Positions 1 through 13,534 of a DNA stretch of 64,000 nt are shown in pieces; the first letter of the stretch is position 1, and the number at the start of each line of letters is the position of its first letter. The translations under genes and the position numbers were made by a program. Where the stretch lies: the NCBI RefSeq assembly GCF_009914755.1, contig NC_060929.1, one strand, 5' to 3'. The notes under the pieces were generated by a model, which was not told where the DNA came from, made no database searches, and saw only the letters and a list, made by a program, of their open reading frames with translations. The stretch is from the human T2T-CHM13v2.0 reference genome, Homo sapiens.

Positions 1-55
1 GTGTGTGTCTCCAAGGTAGATTATATATGATTTATTGTTTTCTAATTGTTTAGAG

Positions 56-274
56 CAGGGGTTAGCAAATGTTTTTCTGCAAAGGGCCAGATAGAAATGT
101 TTTAGGCTCTGCAAGTCTTAAGGTTCTTTTCACAACTACTGGACTCTGCCCTTGTGCCTGAAAAGCAGCCATAGATATGTAAATAAGTGAGTGTGGCTGT
201 AATTTAATAAAACTTTATTTACAAAATAGCCATTGGACAGAATTTGGCCCAAAGTCACAGTTTGCTGTCCTTTG
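56..274 (-). mobile_element. MER58A-like hAT-Charlie DNA transposon
   Basis: Starts CAGGGGTTAGCAAATGTTTTTCTGCAAAGGGCCAGATAG, contains AATAAAACTTTATTTACAAAA; 8-bp TSD gtttagag (48-55) / gcttagag (275-282). Confidence 0.85.
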
Positions 275-354
275 GCTTAGAGTATACCTTCCAACAAGTA
301 CATCTATGTTTTATGGATTAGGGATGGATCTAGGGCATGACACCACACCACCAA

Positions 355-585
355 TGGCTACTGATATATATTGAGCCAGTGAGATGTAGCCCATCGCTAT
401 GGGCATGATCTCATTTAGTCCATTCAACATTCCTATGTAGTAGTAGAATCCATACTCCCACTGAGTCAATTGAAACTCAGTGATATTAAATATTTAAGGT
501 CACACAGCTGGTAATGAGTGGAGCTGAGATTCCTTCCCAGGTAGCGTGACTCCAAGCCTGCATTTTTAACCACTATATTACAATG
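355..585 (-). mobile_element. MIR SINE
   Basis: Antisense MIR core: aaggtcacacagctggtaatgagtggagctgagatt...gactccaagcc...ttaaccactata. Confidence 0.75.
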
Positions 586-1004
586 TCGTCCTACTGTTAA
601 AGGGAGAAGAGGTAGAGTGCAGACAGGTCAAAAGACAGCTAGTCCAACATTTAAGTTCCTGGGGGTTGTAACAACAATGGTTTTTAGATGGTTCTGGTGG
701 ACCATTTCCCCAGGAATATGCATAGATAGTTTGTCTGCAATTTCAGGTAACAGAGCTCCTGAGTGCCACCCATGAACCTCGGGTTAAGATTCCTTGTTAG
801 GACCCATGAGGCTGGGAACCTATTTAGTGTTGAAACATTACCATTTGCTGTCTCTACCTGAAATGTGCACTGTTCCCTGCCTATAGGGCCAAGAAGTTGT
901 AACTTAAAACTCCTCTCTCTGCCTAGAAATCCTCACTTTTCTTCCCCACTTAGTCCATTAAGTGTGAGATGTGGTATTACAGTTTGCTTGTGTTTTACCC
1001 ACAA

Positions 1005-1160
1005 AAGAATGAAAGGAAGATGGATAGATAAATGGGGAGGAGGAAAAGGGGAGAGGAAATGGGAGAGGAAGGAAGGAAAAAAGGAGGAAGAAAGGTAGAA
1101 GGTGGAAGAGAAAAGGGAAGAAGGAAGAAAGGGAAGGAGGGAGAAAGGAGAGAAAAAAGA
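1005..1160. repeat. GA-rich low-complexity tract
   Basis: Nearly pure purine run of ggaa/gaag units; explains the four overlapping spurious ORFs here. Confidence 0.9.
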
Positions 1161-3139
1161 ATCCCACTGTGACATGTAGACGCATTTTCAAAATTGTATT
1201 TATCCAATATGCTTTCACCTTTTTGGGACAGTTTGGAGAACTGTTAAAACTATCAAAGGCAGACTACCAGGGAGATGTTTATTCTACGAAGAGTAGTTAC
1301 ACGATGATGTCAGCTTAGCAGCCACAGACATTTCTGGCCAGAGGGGGCCGTTGGAGGAGGCAGTCAGGCGCAGCAGCAGTAGCAGGAGGGCTGTCAGGTT
1401 GGCACTGGTGCCTTGGAGCTTGCTCTGTAGCCCCCCACCACCCTGCAAAAGGTCCCAGATGCTGCTTCTCATCTGCCCTTTGTTAGGTCCAAACCCTGCT
1501 CCCCAGGCACAAGTTGGAGGATCAAGTGCATTTTCCAGTCCGTTTCATGCCAACTGAAAAGCTGAGACCTGCCAAGGCCTGAGCTTTTAAAAATATAAGT
1601 AGGGAACCCCCAGGGAGCCTGAAGCAGGGGCTATTCAAAATGTTCTTTTAAAAAATTTTTAAAATATACTTGACAAGTGCTTTTTCCCCATTTGGGGAAA
1701 ACCTGTCAGAAAGGATGCCCAGAGCAAAGAGAAACTCTGACCCCAGGCAAGCTGCCTGGGCCTTCCCAATGGGTATCCCTGGGCCCCGGCTTGATTTTTT
1801 TTGGAAAGCAGGCTTCTTCTCACACATGGGGTTTCATGCCTTAGAGTTAATTATTCAGTCACGAATTACTCCAGGAAGAACTTCCCTTTCTATGGAGCCA
1901 AATGACCAAGTGTCTTTCTATAAAAAGAACGTCATCCCTTTTAACGAGGACACCCCACACCCAAATCACACACGTGTGTGTATACACACAGTATACATGC
2001 AACCGATAACTATGCACAATCATAAGCACATTTTTGGCCTAGATGTGAATCCGCTATTAGTAGATGCAGAAGGTTTTGGCTCCCAAGCCCACAGCCTAAG
2101 GAGAGATGATTTTTATAGCCTTAAGCTAGAATCTGAACAAATGCTGGGATGCACAGAGGACTCCATTTTATCAGTGGGATCTCCACCTATTCCACACATT
2201 GCATGACGCTAGTGTTCACAGCTCTGACAATTCCAGACAGACAGATGTCCCGTACAGTTTAGTAGACATGAAATAGCTCAGCAAACACACACAAGAGCAA
2301 AAGTGGACGAAGTGGATGACATTGATGTGCCCACCTACAAATGTGTCAAATGATAGGAGGGTTAAGTGTAGATGGTTTCTGATGAAGACGTCATTTGATC
2401 ATACGTCTCCTTTACCGGACACAGTCATTACAATGGGACAATTGTTCAGTTGCAAGAAGCAGGATTCACATTTTTCCAACCTCTTTGTACTTTTCTCTCC
2501 CAAAGGAGCATTCCTTGAGAAGCCGGAGGAGTTCTACTGATTACATCTCCAGCACAGCCACATTCCAGCGGGTAGGAGGGTCACACACCTGGGCCGGCAG
2601 AAAAAGGCCAAAACACTGAGATCCCAGGTCAGATCTCAGATGCCTGCACCCTTCCAGCAGCACAAAAGCTCATAGGCTACTCCCAGTTGCCTGGTGGCTA
2701 CATCTACCGCCTCTGCTTGACCTTCCAGAAATTCCCTTGAGGATTTAAAGCAAGCATCTTCCCTACCCCAGCCCCTCTCCCCAGTGTTCTGTCATCTCAT
2801 CTTCTTCTGACCTAGCCCCTTCCTTGTTTCTGGAGGGATAAAACAACCTGAGGAAATTCTCTGCTCAGCAAGGAATATGCCTCTCAGGTTACGGTTTGTG
2901 TTGGCATGAAATAGGCGATTTGCAGGCACAGAAGCCCCCAAGACAGTGGCCTTGACATACAAACCTGGCAGGATGGTCTCAGGGTATCTCTGGGGGCTGT
3001 TCTTATCCTCATGCTTGTGTGACTTGTTCATCATCCATTCAATTGTTCATCATTCCTTAATTCAATGAACACTTCCTTCCTCCTAGCTCCTGTTCCTTCC
3101 CTTCCATGTGCTAGACACTGGGGATGCAAAAAGAATCAC

Positions 3140-3360
3140 TAACACATGTTTAGCAACTACTGTGTGCTCTTCACAGTGCTGACTGTTTTCTAGACTTTAT
3201 GCCATTTTATTCTCATAACCTTTTGATTAGAAATGATTATTAGCCCTATCTTACAGATATGACAATTCAGCCTGTAAGTAGTCACACAGCTATTAGGGGC
3301 TGGGGTTGAAATCCAGGCAGTCTGCCTTCCCAGCTCATCTTAGTCCCAACCATGCCATAT
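3140..3360 (-). mobile_element. MIR SINE
   Basis: ctatcttacagat...gtcacacagctattaggggctggggttgaaatccaggcagtctg. Confidence 0.65.
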
Positions 3361-5359
3361 CCTGACACAGAATGCCGGTCATGACCTCAATGTATGCTCA
3401 TGGTGTAGCTGGCGAGGTGGTCAGGTAAGGGGAGGATGGTAACACAGTGTGACAAGTGCTACCAGACGGGCATCTAACCCTGCATTAGGTCAAGAAGGCA
3501 GGCAATGTTGCAAGGAAAAGATAACATCTAAGGTGTGCCCCGAAGGCAAGGAGGGCATCTGCCAGCTGGAAGAGGCAGGTCCAGGCCCACTTGCTGGGCT
3601 TATCTGAACGAAAGCAGACTGACCATGAGCCAGAAAGCAGCTTCTTTCCTGGGGAGCAGATGTCAGAGAGAGGACTGGCCTTTAGCTTGGAACGCCTTGT
3701 TCTGCTTCACCTACACTTATCTCATCACCCTGCCAAGCCTCTCTCTGGCACTGCTAATGCTGGGGGTAAGTGAAAAAACAGAGTAGAGTGTGTGGTCTAT
3801 ACAAACAGGTAGGTTCAAGCCTGCAGCAGAGCCAGCAGAATGAGGGATCCAGTCCAAAGCTAGAAGAGCCTAGGAAGAATGGTGAACATGGAATCCCCTT
3901 GGGCCCAAGAAAACAGTGGTAAACAGCATGAGTCAGACGGGAAGGAGAGGACAGCAAAAAGCCCTGGACTTAACAGTTGGGATCAGTCCTGGCAAAGTCA
4001 CATGAAAGATTTGTGAACTGGGGTCAAGTCCTTCAAACTAGATGAGGCTTCGTTTACCTATTAGTCAAATGGGGAAAATGATACCCACTTCCCAGGATTG
4101 TCGTAGCACAAAGGCAAGAGTGGAAGAAAATGCTTTGTAAATGAAAGCAGGTAAAGAGTTTCCCAGAATAAAGGCGTCAGGAATATGGGTCCATGCTGTC
4201 ACTTAGGCTCAGGAGAGATTGGTGCTTCAACCAATGAAAATAATGCTAAGTCATTCCTTCAGATCCTGGGGGTTGGGACAAGAGGGACACAAACGCACTA
4301 AAAGCATGATCTGTAACCTTACTGTAACCATCTGCCCCAGAGCCTCCATACTAAGTCCGTGGTGGTGGGAAGGCCAAGCAGACACTGGGTCATTCCATCC
4401 TCCAGTGATCCTGTGACCAATTCCAGGCACCTCCATCCTCTCCATCTTCACCAAAGGAACCAGGGATACCTCAGGGTTTAAGAGGCTGACTCATTAGGGT
4501 TCTCTGCGGTCACTGGCAGATGACAAGCTGATGCAGGAAAATCCCATGTGTCAACAAACCCTGCTGGCAAGAGAATGCTAGTTGCTGCCTCTCAAAGTGT
4601 CCTTCTGTGTTTTTTAAATAAGTAGCCCAGCATGGGAGTCAGCGTGAAAGTTGACCATTGGAGTCCTCCTTGGGCTCATCCTGCCTAGCTGGTTTTGAGT
4701 TCTAGTTGCTTTGACAAAGGAATAGTGACTTAATACTGAGCATATTTCATTTTGTCCTGAGTGCCATGGGAGGCTGAAGTTAGTGTTTCCACTTTGATGG
4801 TCTTAGGGAGTAAAAGAAACTTGACTGTCATCTTCTAAGAAGAAAGCCATGAATGTGGGCATCTGGAGGCAATAACACTTTGGTTTTTGCTGCACAATAT
4901 TTAGTCCAGAAGAACAGCCCACAAACATCCCACCCAAGGTCATTACTGGTCCCTTGAATGGTTCCTCTTCACAGGACAGGACGTGGGTAAAGCTGAAGTT
5001 TGTTTTCAATGCCTTAGTGCCCTCTAGACCTCCCACCATGGAAACTTGCTCTTGGGAGAGGTCCCCAGTCTCATTCACATTGAAGTGTGTTAAGAGATTA
5101 AATTCTTATCCCACTAACAGTGTGATAGGAATCTAAGCTTTAACTACTAGAATGGAGATCTTCAACTCCATGAGATCCATGAATGCTCAGCCATCTGCCT
5201 CCAGGACTCCTTGGTCTCCTTGCCTACACCTTGCCTCCTCAATTCATTCTCCACAACAAAGCTGGAAAGAACTTCCACAAATGGAAATATACTGAGCATT
5301 TCATTGCTAAAAGAATCTCTCAATAATCTTGAATCAGTTTCAAGAAAAATGATCCTTAA

Positions 5360-5770
5360 TGATCCTGCCACTCGCTACCCCTCTCTGGTCTCATTATCTG
5401 AGTGCCACAATATGCCTGGGTACTATTTGCAATATGCTCTGGCTACCCTCACCACAGGGCCTTTGCACATGTTATTCTGCTCTGCTTAGAGTGTCTTTTA
5501 TCTTTTTCTCCACCGGTCTAACTTTCTGTACAACCTTCAAGACTCAGCTCAAGGATTCTCTACTTTTCAGTGGGCTTTTTAAACATCCCCTCTACTCCAG
5601 ACTGGATAACCTCAGAGATCCTGGCCTTTCCCAGCACTGACCATTCAGCGCCACAGTTCTAGACTTATTTGTCTTTTCCAACAGAATGTGAGTTTCTTGA
5701 GTGAAGTGACCCCTGTCCTATTCACCTTGACCCTGACACCTAACCAATGAATATTCACTCCGTGAATGAA
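5360..5770 (+). mobile_element. L2 LINE 3' fragment
   Basis: cagggcctttgcacatg, ttcaagactcagctcaa, terminal tgaatgaat. Confidence 0.65.
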
Positions 5771-6018
5771 TCCTGTATTCTGGAGGGCAGGCAATTTGCC
5801 CAGCAGTCCCCAGAAAGTTATGCCATTGCCTGTGTGGAGCTGGCTAAAAGGAAACATGTGTGTTGGGGTGGGGATGAGAACTGGGGACATCCCCTGCCTG
5901 AAGGGGACAGTTGAAATCACTCCCAGCCAATTTGAGGCCACTGCAGCCAAATCTCCTGATTTTTCAAAGAACATAGACATTTTTGGATTATATATATCCA
6001 TATTCATGAATATATATA

Positions 6019-6324
6019 CAGTTGTCCCTCAGTACCTGTGGGGGATTGGTTTCAGAACCTATCCCTAGGACACCAAAATCCATGAAGCCCTTCATATAAA
6101 ATGGTATAGTATTTGCATATAACCACTGCACATCCTCTCACATATATTAAATCATCTCTAGATTACTTATAATACCTAATGCAATGTAAAGGCTATGTAA
6201 ATATTTATTAGATGTATTTTAAAATTTGTATTATTTTTATTATCGTATTATTTTTCCCAAATACTTTTGATCTGCAGTTGGTTGAAACCATGGATATGGA
6301 ACCCATGGATACAGAGGACAAGTG
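6019..6324 (+). mobile_element. MER2 (Tigger-derived) DNA transposon
   Basis: TIRs cagttgtccctcagtacctgtggg / cccatggatacagaggacaagtg; internal aaatcatctctagattacttataatacctaat; follows TA. Confidence 0.9.
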
Positions 6325-6339
6325 TGTGTGTGTTTGTGT

Positions 6340-6571
6340 GTGTAGCTAGAAAAAGAGAGAAAGGGGGAGATTTATCATTAGGAATTGGCTCACATGATTT
6401 TCAAGGCTGGAATATCCAAATCTCCTACATTAGGGAGAGCAAGATGTTTTACTCAGTCTACAGGTTTAAATGTTAATCTCATCCCGAAACATCCTCACAG
6501 AAGCACTCGAATGATATCTGACGAAATACCTGAGCACCCTGTAGCTGAGTTGAGCTGACATACAAATCACA
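6340..6571 (-). mobile_element. MLT2 (ERVL) LTR fragment
   Basis: gagatttatcattaggaattggctcacatgatt and tttaaatgttaatctcatc...gctgacatacaaatcaca. Confidence 0.7.
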
Positions 6572-6689
6572 AGTCACCTCTCTTCTAAATCATTGGATTT
6601 TAAACTTGTTTTAACCTTCAGAAACCCCATTTTTTCCTCAAACTGAATCTTCGCTAAAACTTGACTATGATAATAAAAGTTATAATACT

Positions 6690-6950
6690 AATAAATAGTC
6701 ATGGTGACATTTTTTGAGTGATTACTTCATCCACGCCCTACTCATGGTATTGTACATGCATTAACCCATTTAAACTCCACAGGAATCCTATGAGATAGGC
6801 ACTCTTAATTATTCTTCCCATTTTACAGAGGTGGCAACCAGAGCACACAAAAAGAATGGCTAGATAATATATTCAACACAAAATAGCTCGGAAATAGTGA
6901 AAACTGCTTTTGGATCCAAGCAGTGGGATTTTTATTTACCCATCACATTG
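6690..6950 (-). mobile_element. MIR SINE
   Basis: cctatgagataggc...cccattttacagag core. Confidence 0.7.
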
Positions 6951-9331
6951 TGTAAAATAGACAAGTCAAGCCTGTTTTATTTGAAGTGGAGGTTCAGGCT
7001 CCTTCTTCCAGGCAATGTTATAGCCTCTGGAGTTACAGCCTCTGAGAAAGGGTTTGAAAAGCCCTGGCCCAGGTGATCCTCAGAGTCTGAGAAAAACTAA
7101 GACGAGGATATGCTGTGCTCCTGGTTGCAATGAAAAGTCAACTCTGCCTGGTGAGTTTTGAAAGCAAGTGGCTGTCAGGTCCCCCAGTTATCCCTTGGGC
7201 TGAGGCTTTTCTCCTTCTGGGTATATTTTATTTCTCTTTGCAAAATGCAGGGATTAAGTTCCCTGTCTCAAAGTCCCCTTCCCCAGGGTGGGCATGCTGT
7301 TACCGGGAGGTGGGTGGGTCTGCCACGTTCCTAGGTCCAGGGTGGAACTGCTTGCAGCCTGCAACACAGGAACTTTCTGAAAACATGGCCTGGCATCCCC
7401 CTCCCACCCATCCCCATGTGTGCTCACCCCTCGGGCCAGGGCAGGCCTGCTCAGGCTGGGGCTCGCCACCCTGCTCAGAAGCTTCAGCTCCCGACCTCGT
7501 CTCTCACCAGTGGGAAGGGCAGCAAGGCCAGGGAAAGAACGAGCCCTTGATGGGTGGCAGGGGCAGGATGCAGGGCCGAGTGGCCCTGCCACTTGCTGCT
7601 CTGTGCTGGAGTTTCCTCCAGACCCGTCTGTGAACTCCAGAGACACTCGTTCCCAGGGCTGGCTACAACTTGTCAGGGATCCTGTTACTCCCGAATCCAG
7701 TTCCAAAAACAATACTGGGCCTGATGCATTAGCCCTGATTAATTGGCCCACAACATGCTTCTCACTTAATTCTCCTATTTTTCTTCTTACCTCTCCTTCT
7801 CTGGGCTCCACCCCTCAAAGCTCAATTTGGAAATACCCCCATATTTGATCTGAAGGTGGGTCCCTTGCCAAGAGGTGCACCCATGAAGCCGCGCCGGGAA
7901 GCAGCCAGCATCCGTGGAATCACCTGCCTTTTGTGCATGTTTACATCTAGGCCTCAGTGATGGAAAATGCCTGAAGAGCAAAGGGGCAAGAAATAAATAA
8001 GCCCACGCAGAACTCCAGGGCAGAGGAAGCGTACGCTCAGCTCAATCACATTTTCCAATTTCCTCTTGTATATTTTTCCTGACATCTTTGCATAGGGTAA
8101 TTCTGATGAGGTTTTCACCTGTCAAAATGAAAAGGCTTTAAAAACTAACAGGCAATTTCACACAGGGGTCCTATTTAATCTTAAGTCAAAGAACCATTGA
8201 ATGCATTGATGAACTTTGGGTCAACAAATGGATTGGCAGGTCAGCTTTCTCCTTGGAAACTGAGCACAGGCGTTCATTCCACCTTGGGCCAAGCCTCCAG
8301 CCTTATCATCTTCTCCTGGTCATGAGCTTTGGTGATTTTTTCTCGTATTTTGGAGAGGGGCGCTTCGTGGATCCACTCACCCCCATGTCTGGTCTCCTGG
8401 CAACCAAGGAACCATCTGGGAACCAGACAAGGTTGTCATACCCCATTCAAGAATCAGCAGCTCAAAAGAAAACTCTCAGGGGGAGAAAAGAAAGAAAACC
8501 ACAGAGATTTATCAGTTTTTAGGAGCTGGGCTAACCTGCCCCACATTCTGGGTCTGCCCTTCCAATTGTTTCCCCTTCTTTCCAGGGTATGGCATTTTGA
8601 AAGAAACATGCGCGCCATTTTCATGTCAAGAAAAGAATTAGTGTCTCAGAAAAGCCTCAAGTACGATCACATGTAATTGTTTTATAGATGCTGGCACAGG
8701 TTCAGGGAAGAATGGGTTTTTAATACCAAATCTTTCCATTTCCCTTTGTTTGCCTGTGATTTGTGGGCTCTGTGAACGGCAGGTTTCTGGCAGATCCACA
8801 ATTTCGATTTCCCCTTTGTTTTCTCATGGCTCGTGGGTTCAGGGTTTCTTTTATTTTTTCCATGCGTCACAAATACTGTTTAATGTGGGTGGGGGACGGC
8901 TTCCCTCTCCTTCCCCTGGAGACACATCATTTGGTTAAACCGCACATAAATTTAACCTCTCTCCAAAGAACTATTAATGATTCTAATGCACATATATGTA
9001 CATGCTTGCACAGATCGAGGAGGCTTTTCTTTTTCCTTTTAAACCAACGAAATACCCAAGGTACGACTTCTCGCCCCATCTTTATCCTCATGGAAAAAGC
9101 AGTTTTCAGGCAAAGAAATGCAGACACGCCATGATGACTGTGGTGAGAACACACTCGTCCAAAGTCACGCCAAGCGTTACCAAGGTTGGAGTTGTCTTTG
9201 GGGTAGCAGGCAGCTTCAAGGGCATCAGGCCTGTGCAGATTAGACACACCCACCAGACAATATCCCGAGGCCATCCCTGGATAAACCAACATGTTCCAGA
9301 GCAGGAGCAAGTAGAAAGATCAAGATTCATC

Positions 9332-9675
9332 TGTTCTCATTGTTCAGCTCTCACTTGTAAGTGAGAACATGCAGTGTTTGGTTTTCTGTTCCTGCATTAG
9401 TTTGCTGAGGATATGGCTTCCTGTTCCATCCATGTTCCTGCAAAGGACATCATCTTATTCATTTTTTATGGCTGCATAGTATTCCACGGTGTATATGTGC
9501 CACAATTTCTGTATCCAGTCTACCATTGATGGGCACTTAGGTTGATTCCATGTCTTTGCTATTGTGAATAGTGCTGCAGTGAACATACATGTGCATGTAT
9601 CTTTATAATAGAATGATTTATATTTCTTTGGGTATATAACCAGTAATGGGATGGCTGGGTCAAATGGTATTTCTG
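9332..9675 (-). mobile_element. L1PA (older primate subfamily) inverted 5' part: ORF2 C-terminus and start of 3'UTR
   Basis: Minus-strand ORF 9455-9703 reads EIPFDPAIPLLVIYPK...TCMFTAALFTIAKTWNQPKCPS...WHIYTVEYYAAIKN, the L1 ORF2p C-terminus. Confidence 0.92.
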
Positions 9676-9893
9676 CACATAGACACATGGGGGGAAACAA
9701 CACATGCTGGAGCCTGTTGGGGGGGCAGGGGGAATGAGAGCATCAGGAAGAATAGCTAATGAATGCCTGGCTTAATACCTAGGTGATGGGTTGATGTGTG
9801 CAGAAAACCACCATGGCACATGTTTACCTGTGTAACAAACCTGCACATCCTGCACCTGAACCCGGGAACTTCAAAGTTGAAGAAAAACAAAAA
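9676..9893 (+). mobile_element. L1PA 3'UTR end with degenerate A-tail (same insertion as the inverted part)
   Basis: acatagacac...aatacctaggtgatgggttga...aacaaacctgcacatcctgcac...aaagttgaagaaaaacaaaaa. Confidence 0.9.
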
Positions 9894-11379
9894 CAGGATT
9901 CAGAGATCATAATGCAGAAGCCAAGGGTCCTCTTTCAAACAGGTGTGTTTGAGAAAAATCCCTCTGGCTGCAGTTTGGAGGGGAGACCACAGAGCGACTA
10001 GTGCTGGGACTGTTAAATAGTATGAGTGGCTTGTGATGAGGGTCTGTACCAAAGGCATGAAAGGGGAGGAGAGATGAGGGAACTCAATGGACATTTCTGT
10101 CAAGTGAACCCTTCCTTAGTATCTCCAATGCAAAGTGAGTCATTTTGATGTGGCCATCTTGCTATAATCATTCCAGTGCCAAAATTGTATCAACATGCAA
10201 AACACTCTTTAAAAAAATCACCAGTATTGAGTCTAACCCTCATCATCCCTGATGCTTCACCATCTCCGACATCCTCCTCAATCTTTGTCTCAGTTCTGAG
10301 CTTCCCCATCCCTGATGCTACTGTACATACTGCATCCCCTCCCTGTCTCCCTGTAGCATGCAAAGGCATCCCATCTTGCTAGGCATCACAACAGATACTG
10401 ATAATTTACTAACTTCATTTCTAGGTCACATCAAAATGACCCTGTGTCAAAGCAGTGGGCCAAATATCACCCATCCTTATGTTGAACTTCAAAAAAGCAA
10501 AAGTCCTTCAGTTTTTGCAGACAAACCTGCAAAAGAGAGAGAGCTGGGGAGACAGTAGTACCCTGTAGAATCTTTAGCCAAATGCAGCTTTGCTTAGCAT
10601 TCCAAGGTCACCTGCATCTAGGGACAAGCTGCAGGAGCAGGTGAGATGCTGCCAAACGTGTCAGAGGAGGCAGCACCTGGCAGCCCCTAATCCAAGGCCG
10701 CCTGCCCTGTGCAGGAAATGGTCGCTGCTGGGCGTCCTTGCAGCCACTTCAGCCAGGCCTTCCTTTGCTTCTAATTAACACTGAGCAGGCTCCACAGTCC
10801 TTGCCTCCTCATGGCTGCCCATATGGCTGGACCCTGCTCCTGGCTGCTAGCAGAAAAGATGAGTGAGGCTGTCTGTCTCCCTCTCTCTTTTTCATAGATC
10901 CCTGTGGCTCACACTTCTCCTAGCTCAAGCTTGTATTCCCAAGTGTGAAGGTGTTGGGGAGGTGGACAGGGTGGAAAATCAAGCGTCCCTCTTGATTTTA
11001 TAGACCCTGATGCATTTCTCAGCTTTATTTAATTTCGTAAGAGCTGTGGTCTGCATAGCTCCCTGGAGCTAAGAGCTGTATATCACTGGTCTTTCATTGC
11101 AAGTAGATGTGGGTTTGACATTCCTGAAGGCTTGAAAAAAATTATTATTCTAAGCTTTGTGCTTTGAACATGGTGAGCCAATTGGTTAGATTTCTGCGTG
11201 GTGATAACCTCTCCCAAGGGGTGACAGCCCCAGGGAGGAGGCATGGCGGGGCTTTTTAGAATGACAAATGGGAGGCCCCGGCCATGCTGGGATCACAGGG
11301 AGCCTGGGAATGTGCAGAAGGCTTGGAGCCTTTCAATTCTCCTTGTTTGGGTCTGGCTGCCCGACTTCAGCTTCAGTAA

Positions 11380-11835
11380 GAACAGCCACCTGGCTCTCTT
11401 GCTCCAGCCCAATTTGCCTTCTTTCAGTTCTTCCAATGTCTCTCCCACATAAAGGCCTTGGCCTGTGCTGTGTCCTCTGCCTAGACTACTGTTCTAACTG
11501 CCTCCCCTCATGCCCTAGGCTTGGCTAACTTTCTTCTTCCTTTTAATTGCAGCTTGAGAACTCCTTCAGAGAAGCCTTCTTGACCTCGATGATCGGGCTG
11601 AGATGCCTCCCAGGCTCTCCTATCACCAAGCAGGATGTTCTGCTCATTCTTCACACTCATTTTGACTGTTACTTCCCCTTAGACATGTAATGCTTCAATC
11701 CATACCTCTTTCCCCCAGCAGACCAGACCATAGTTCCTCACCAAAAGTAGGAGCCCTGCTTGTTTTTGCCCCAAGGCATCTGATACAGGTTTAATGTAGC
11801 TACTCAAAAGTAGCACCCAGTAGCTACTCAATGAA
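11380..11835 (+). mobile_element. L2 fragment
   Basis: ggccttggcctgtgctgtgtcctctgcctag...tccttcagagaagccttc. Confidence 0.55.
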
Positions 11836-12599
11836 CATGCAGAGTAAACAAAAAGTCAAAAGTTCTCCAGATGGAAGGCAAGGACCAATTATTTTCAGAC
11901 AGTGGGAGACAGTGGAAGAGAAGAGTCTTCAGGGTCAAGCAACCTGGGTTCAAGTCCTGGCCCTGACATTTGGATGCTGGAGTCACCACATTTGAGAATG
12001 GATTTCTGGCAGATATAGACAGAGCTGGCACAGCATACTCCAAAGACCACCAGCACAATGGATCACAGGCATGTATTCTACCATGGATCCAAAGTCCAGA
12101 GGAATCTTTCAGAGAGATGTTCCTCCAGGCTAGGGAAGAAGCTGGGTTGGAGGAAAGGTAGAGGCAGATGAAGGGCACAAAGGAGAGATTGGCTCAATTG
12201 TTGTAAGGGTGAACCATGGCAGCTTTGGCAGCTAGAGATGACTGGAGGTATCTGTAACCCTTGAGGTCTTGAGGAATGGTTGAAGCCATGGCTTGGTGAA
12301 GGACTCCTTTTAATGCTCGTGGTGGATGGGGTAGCTTTGAGAAGGAAGTCCCTCCACATGCCATACTTCAGAAGGAAGATGTCCAAAGGCCACCTTCGTA
12401 AGAGCCACCTCCCCCTCATTGCACACTCTCACTACTCTGCAATGGAGAAGCTCCAAGAGGGTGGATGCTCTGTCTGCCTTGTTCTCCACTGTGTTCTCAG
12501 CACTAAAACATTGCCTAGCACAGAGTGGGTACTCTACGAATCCTGGCTGAGTGAAGAAAAGACTGTCAGTATCCTCATCCACATGCTCTTTCAGGCCTC

Positions 12600-13266
12600 T
12601 GTCTGTGGTGGACAGGCCCTTGGGGGGTCTCTTGATGATTTTCTGCCAACTTGTGTCCATGTCTTTTTGTGATGCCCCCCACTTGAGTGTGGGTAAGACC
12701 TAAGACTTGCTTCTCACTGACAGCATATGGAAAAGGGGATGGGATGTCACTCTTTTGATGAGGCTAAGTTATATAGCAAAGGCAGTAGGAGGTCACTCCC
12801 AGGATTACATTATGTTATATGGCAACAGGGATAGAATGTCACTCCTGTGATTAGATTAGGTTGCATGAGACTCTGTCTCAGAGGACTGGAGAGATTCTCT
12901 TTGTTAATGTGATGAAGTAAGGCATGAAGCTCACTTGGCAAGGAACAGCAGGCTACTGCTAGGACATGAGGATGGTTTCTCACCAACAGCCAGCAAAAAG
13001 TGGGACCCTTAGTCATACAGCCAGAAAGAAATGAATTCTGCCAACAACTGAATGAGCTTGGAAGAAGATTCTTCCCCAGTCAAGCCTCCAGATGAAAATG
13101 CAGTCCAACCAACACCTCGTTTACAGTCCTGAGAGACCCTGAGCAGAAGATCCAACTACACTGTGCCCAGACTCCTGACACATAGAAATGTGAGATAGTA
13201 AATGTGTGTTGTTTTAAGCTTCTAAGCTGGTAGCAACTTATTATAGGGCAATTGAAAATGAATACA
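12600..13266 (+). mobile_element. MLT1E-type MaLR solo LTR
   Basis: TG...CA ends, 5-bp TSD gcctc (12595-12599, 13267-13271), gaaatgaattctgccaacaac, internal ~55-bp repeats containing gtcactc. Confidence 0.85.
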
Positions 13267-13534
13267 GCCTCTAGGCTTTTAATCACACTTTTCCCTCTCT
13301 CTGGAAGAACAAAACTAAGGGACTCTCATGAGACTAAGTTTAGGCACTACCATCTCCCTATTTCACTCTGCTCTCATCTTAGGAGTCTCTGGTGTGTGTT
13401 CCTGCAAAGCTCCCTATGTTTTCTCTATAATACTTTTGATGCTATGTTGTCCCTTTCTGTTTCCATATTGACTTCACTCATGAGGCTCTGAGCTCTTCAA
13501 GGGGCCCTGGCTGCCTTCTGTTTTCTTTCCTCCC

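Noticed and set aside
1284-1472. Minus-strand ORF with a Leu-rich stretch, preceded internally by a ttttgcag acceptor-like site
   Set aside because: No recognisable protein family and no partner exons; the poly-Leu comes from a short (CAG)-like repeat
7115-7848. Three long ORFs (142-185 aa)
   Set aside because: Overlapping on both strands in GC-rich sequence, no family motifs; expected by chance
8927-9364. Overlapping ORFs of 74-127 aa in mildly CpG-rich sequence next to the inverted L1
   Set aside because: No recognisable domain in any frame and no sign of a processed pseudogene (no own A-tail or TSD)
12730-12870. Three ~55-bp degenerate direct repeats (CRISPR-like spacing)
   Set aside because: Internal repeats of the MLT1E-type LTR; eukaryotic context, no unique spacers or cas genes
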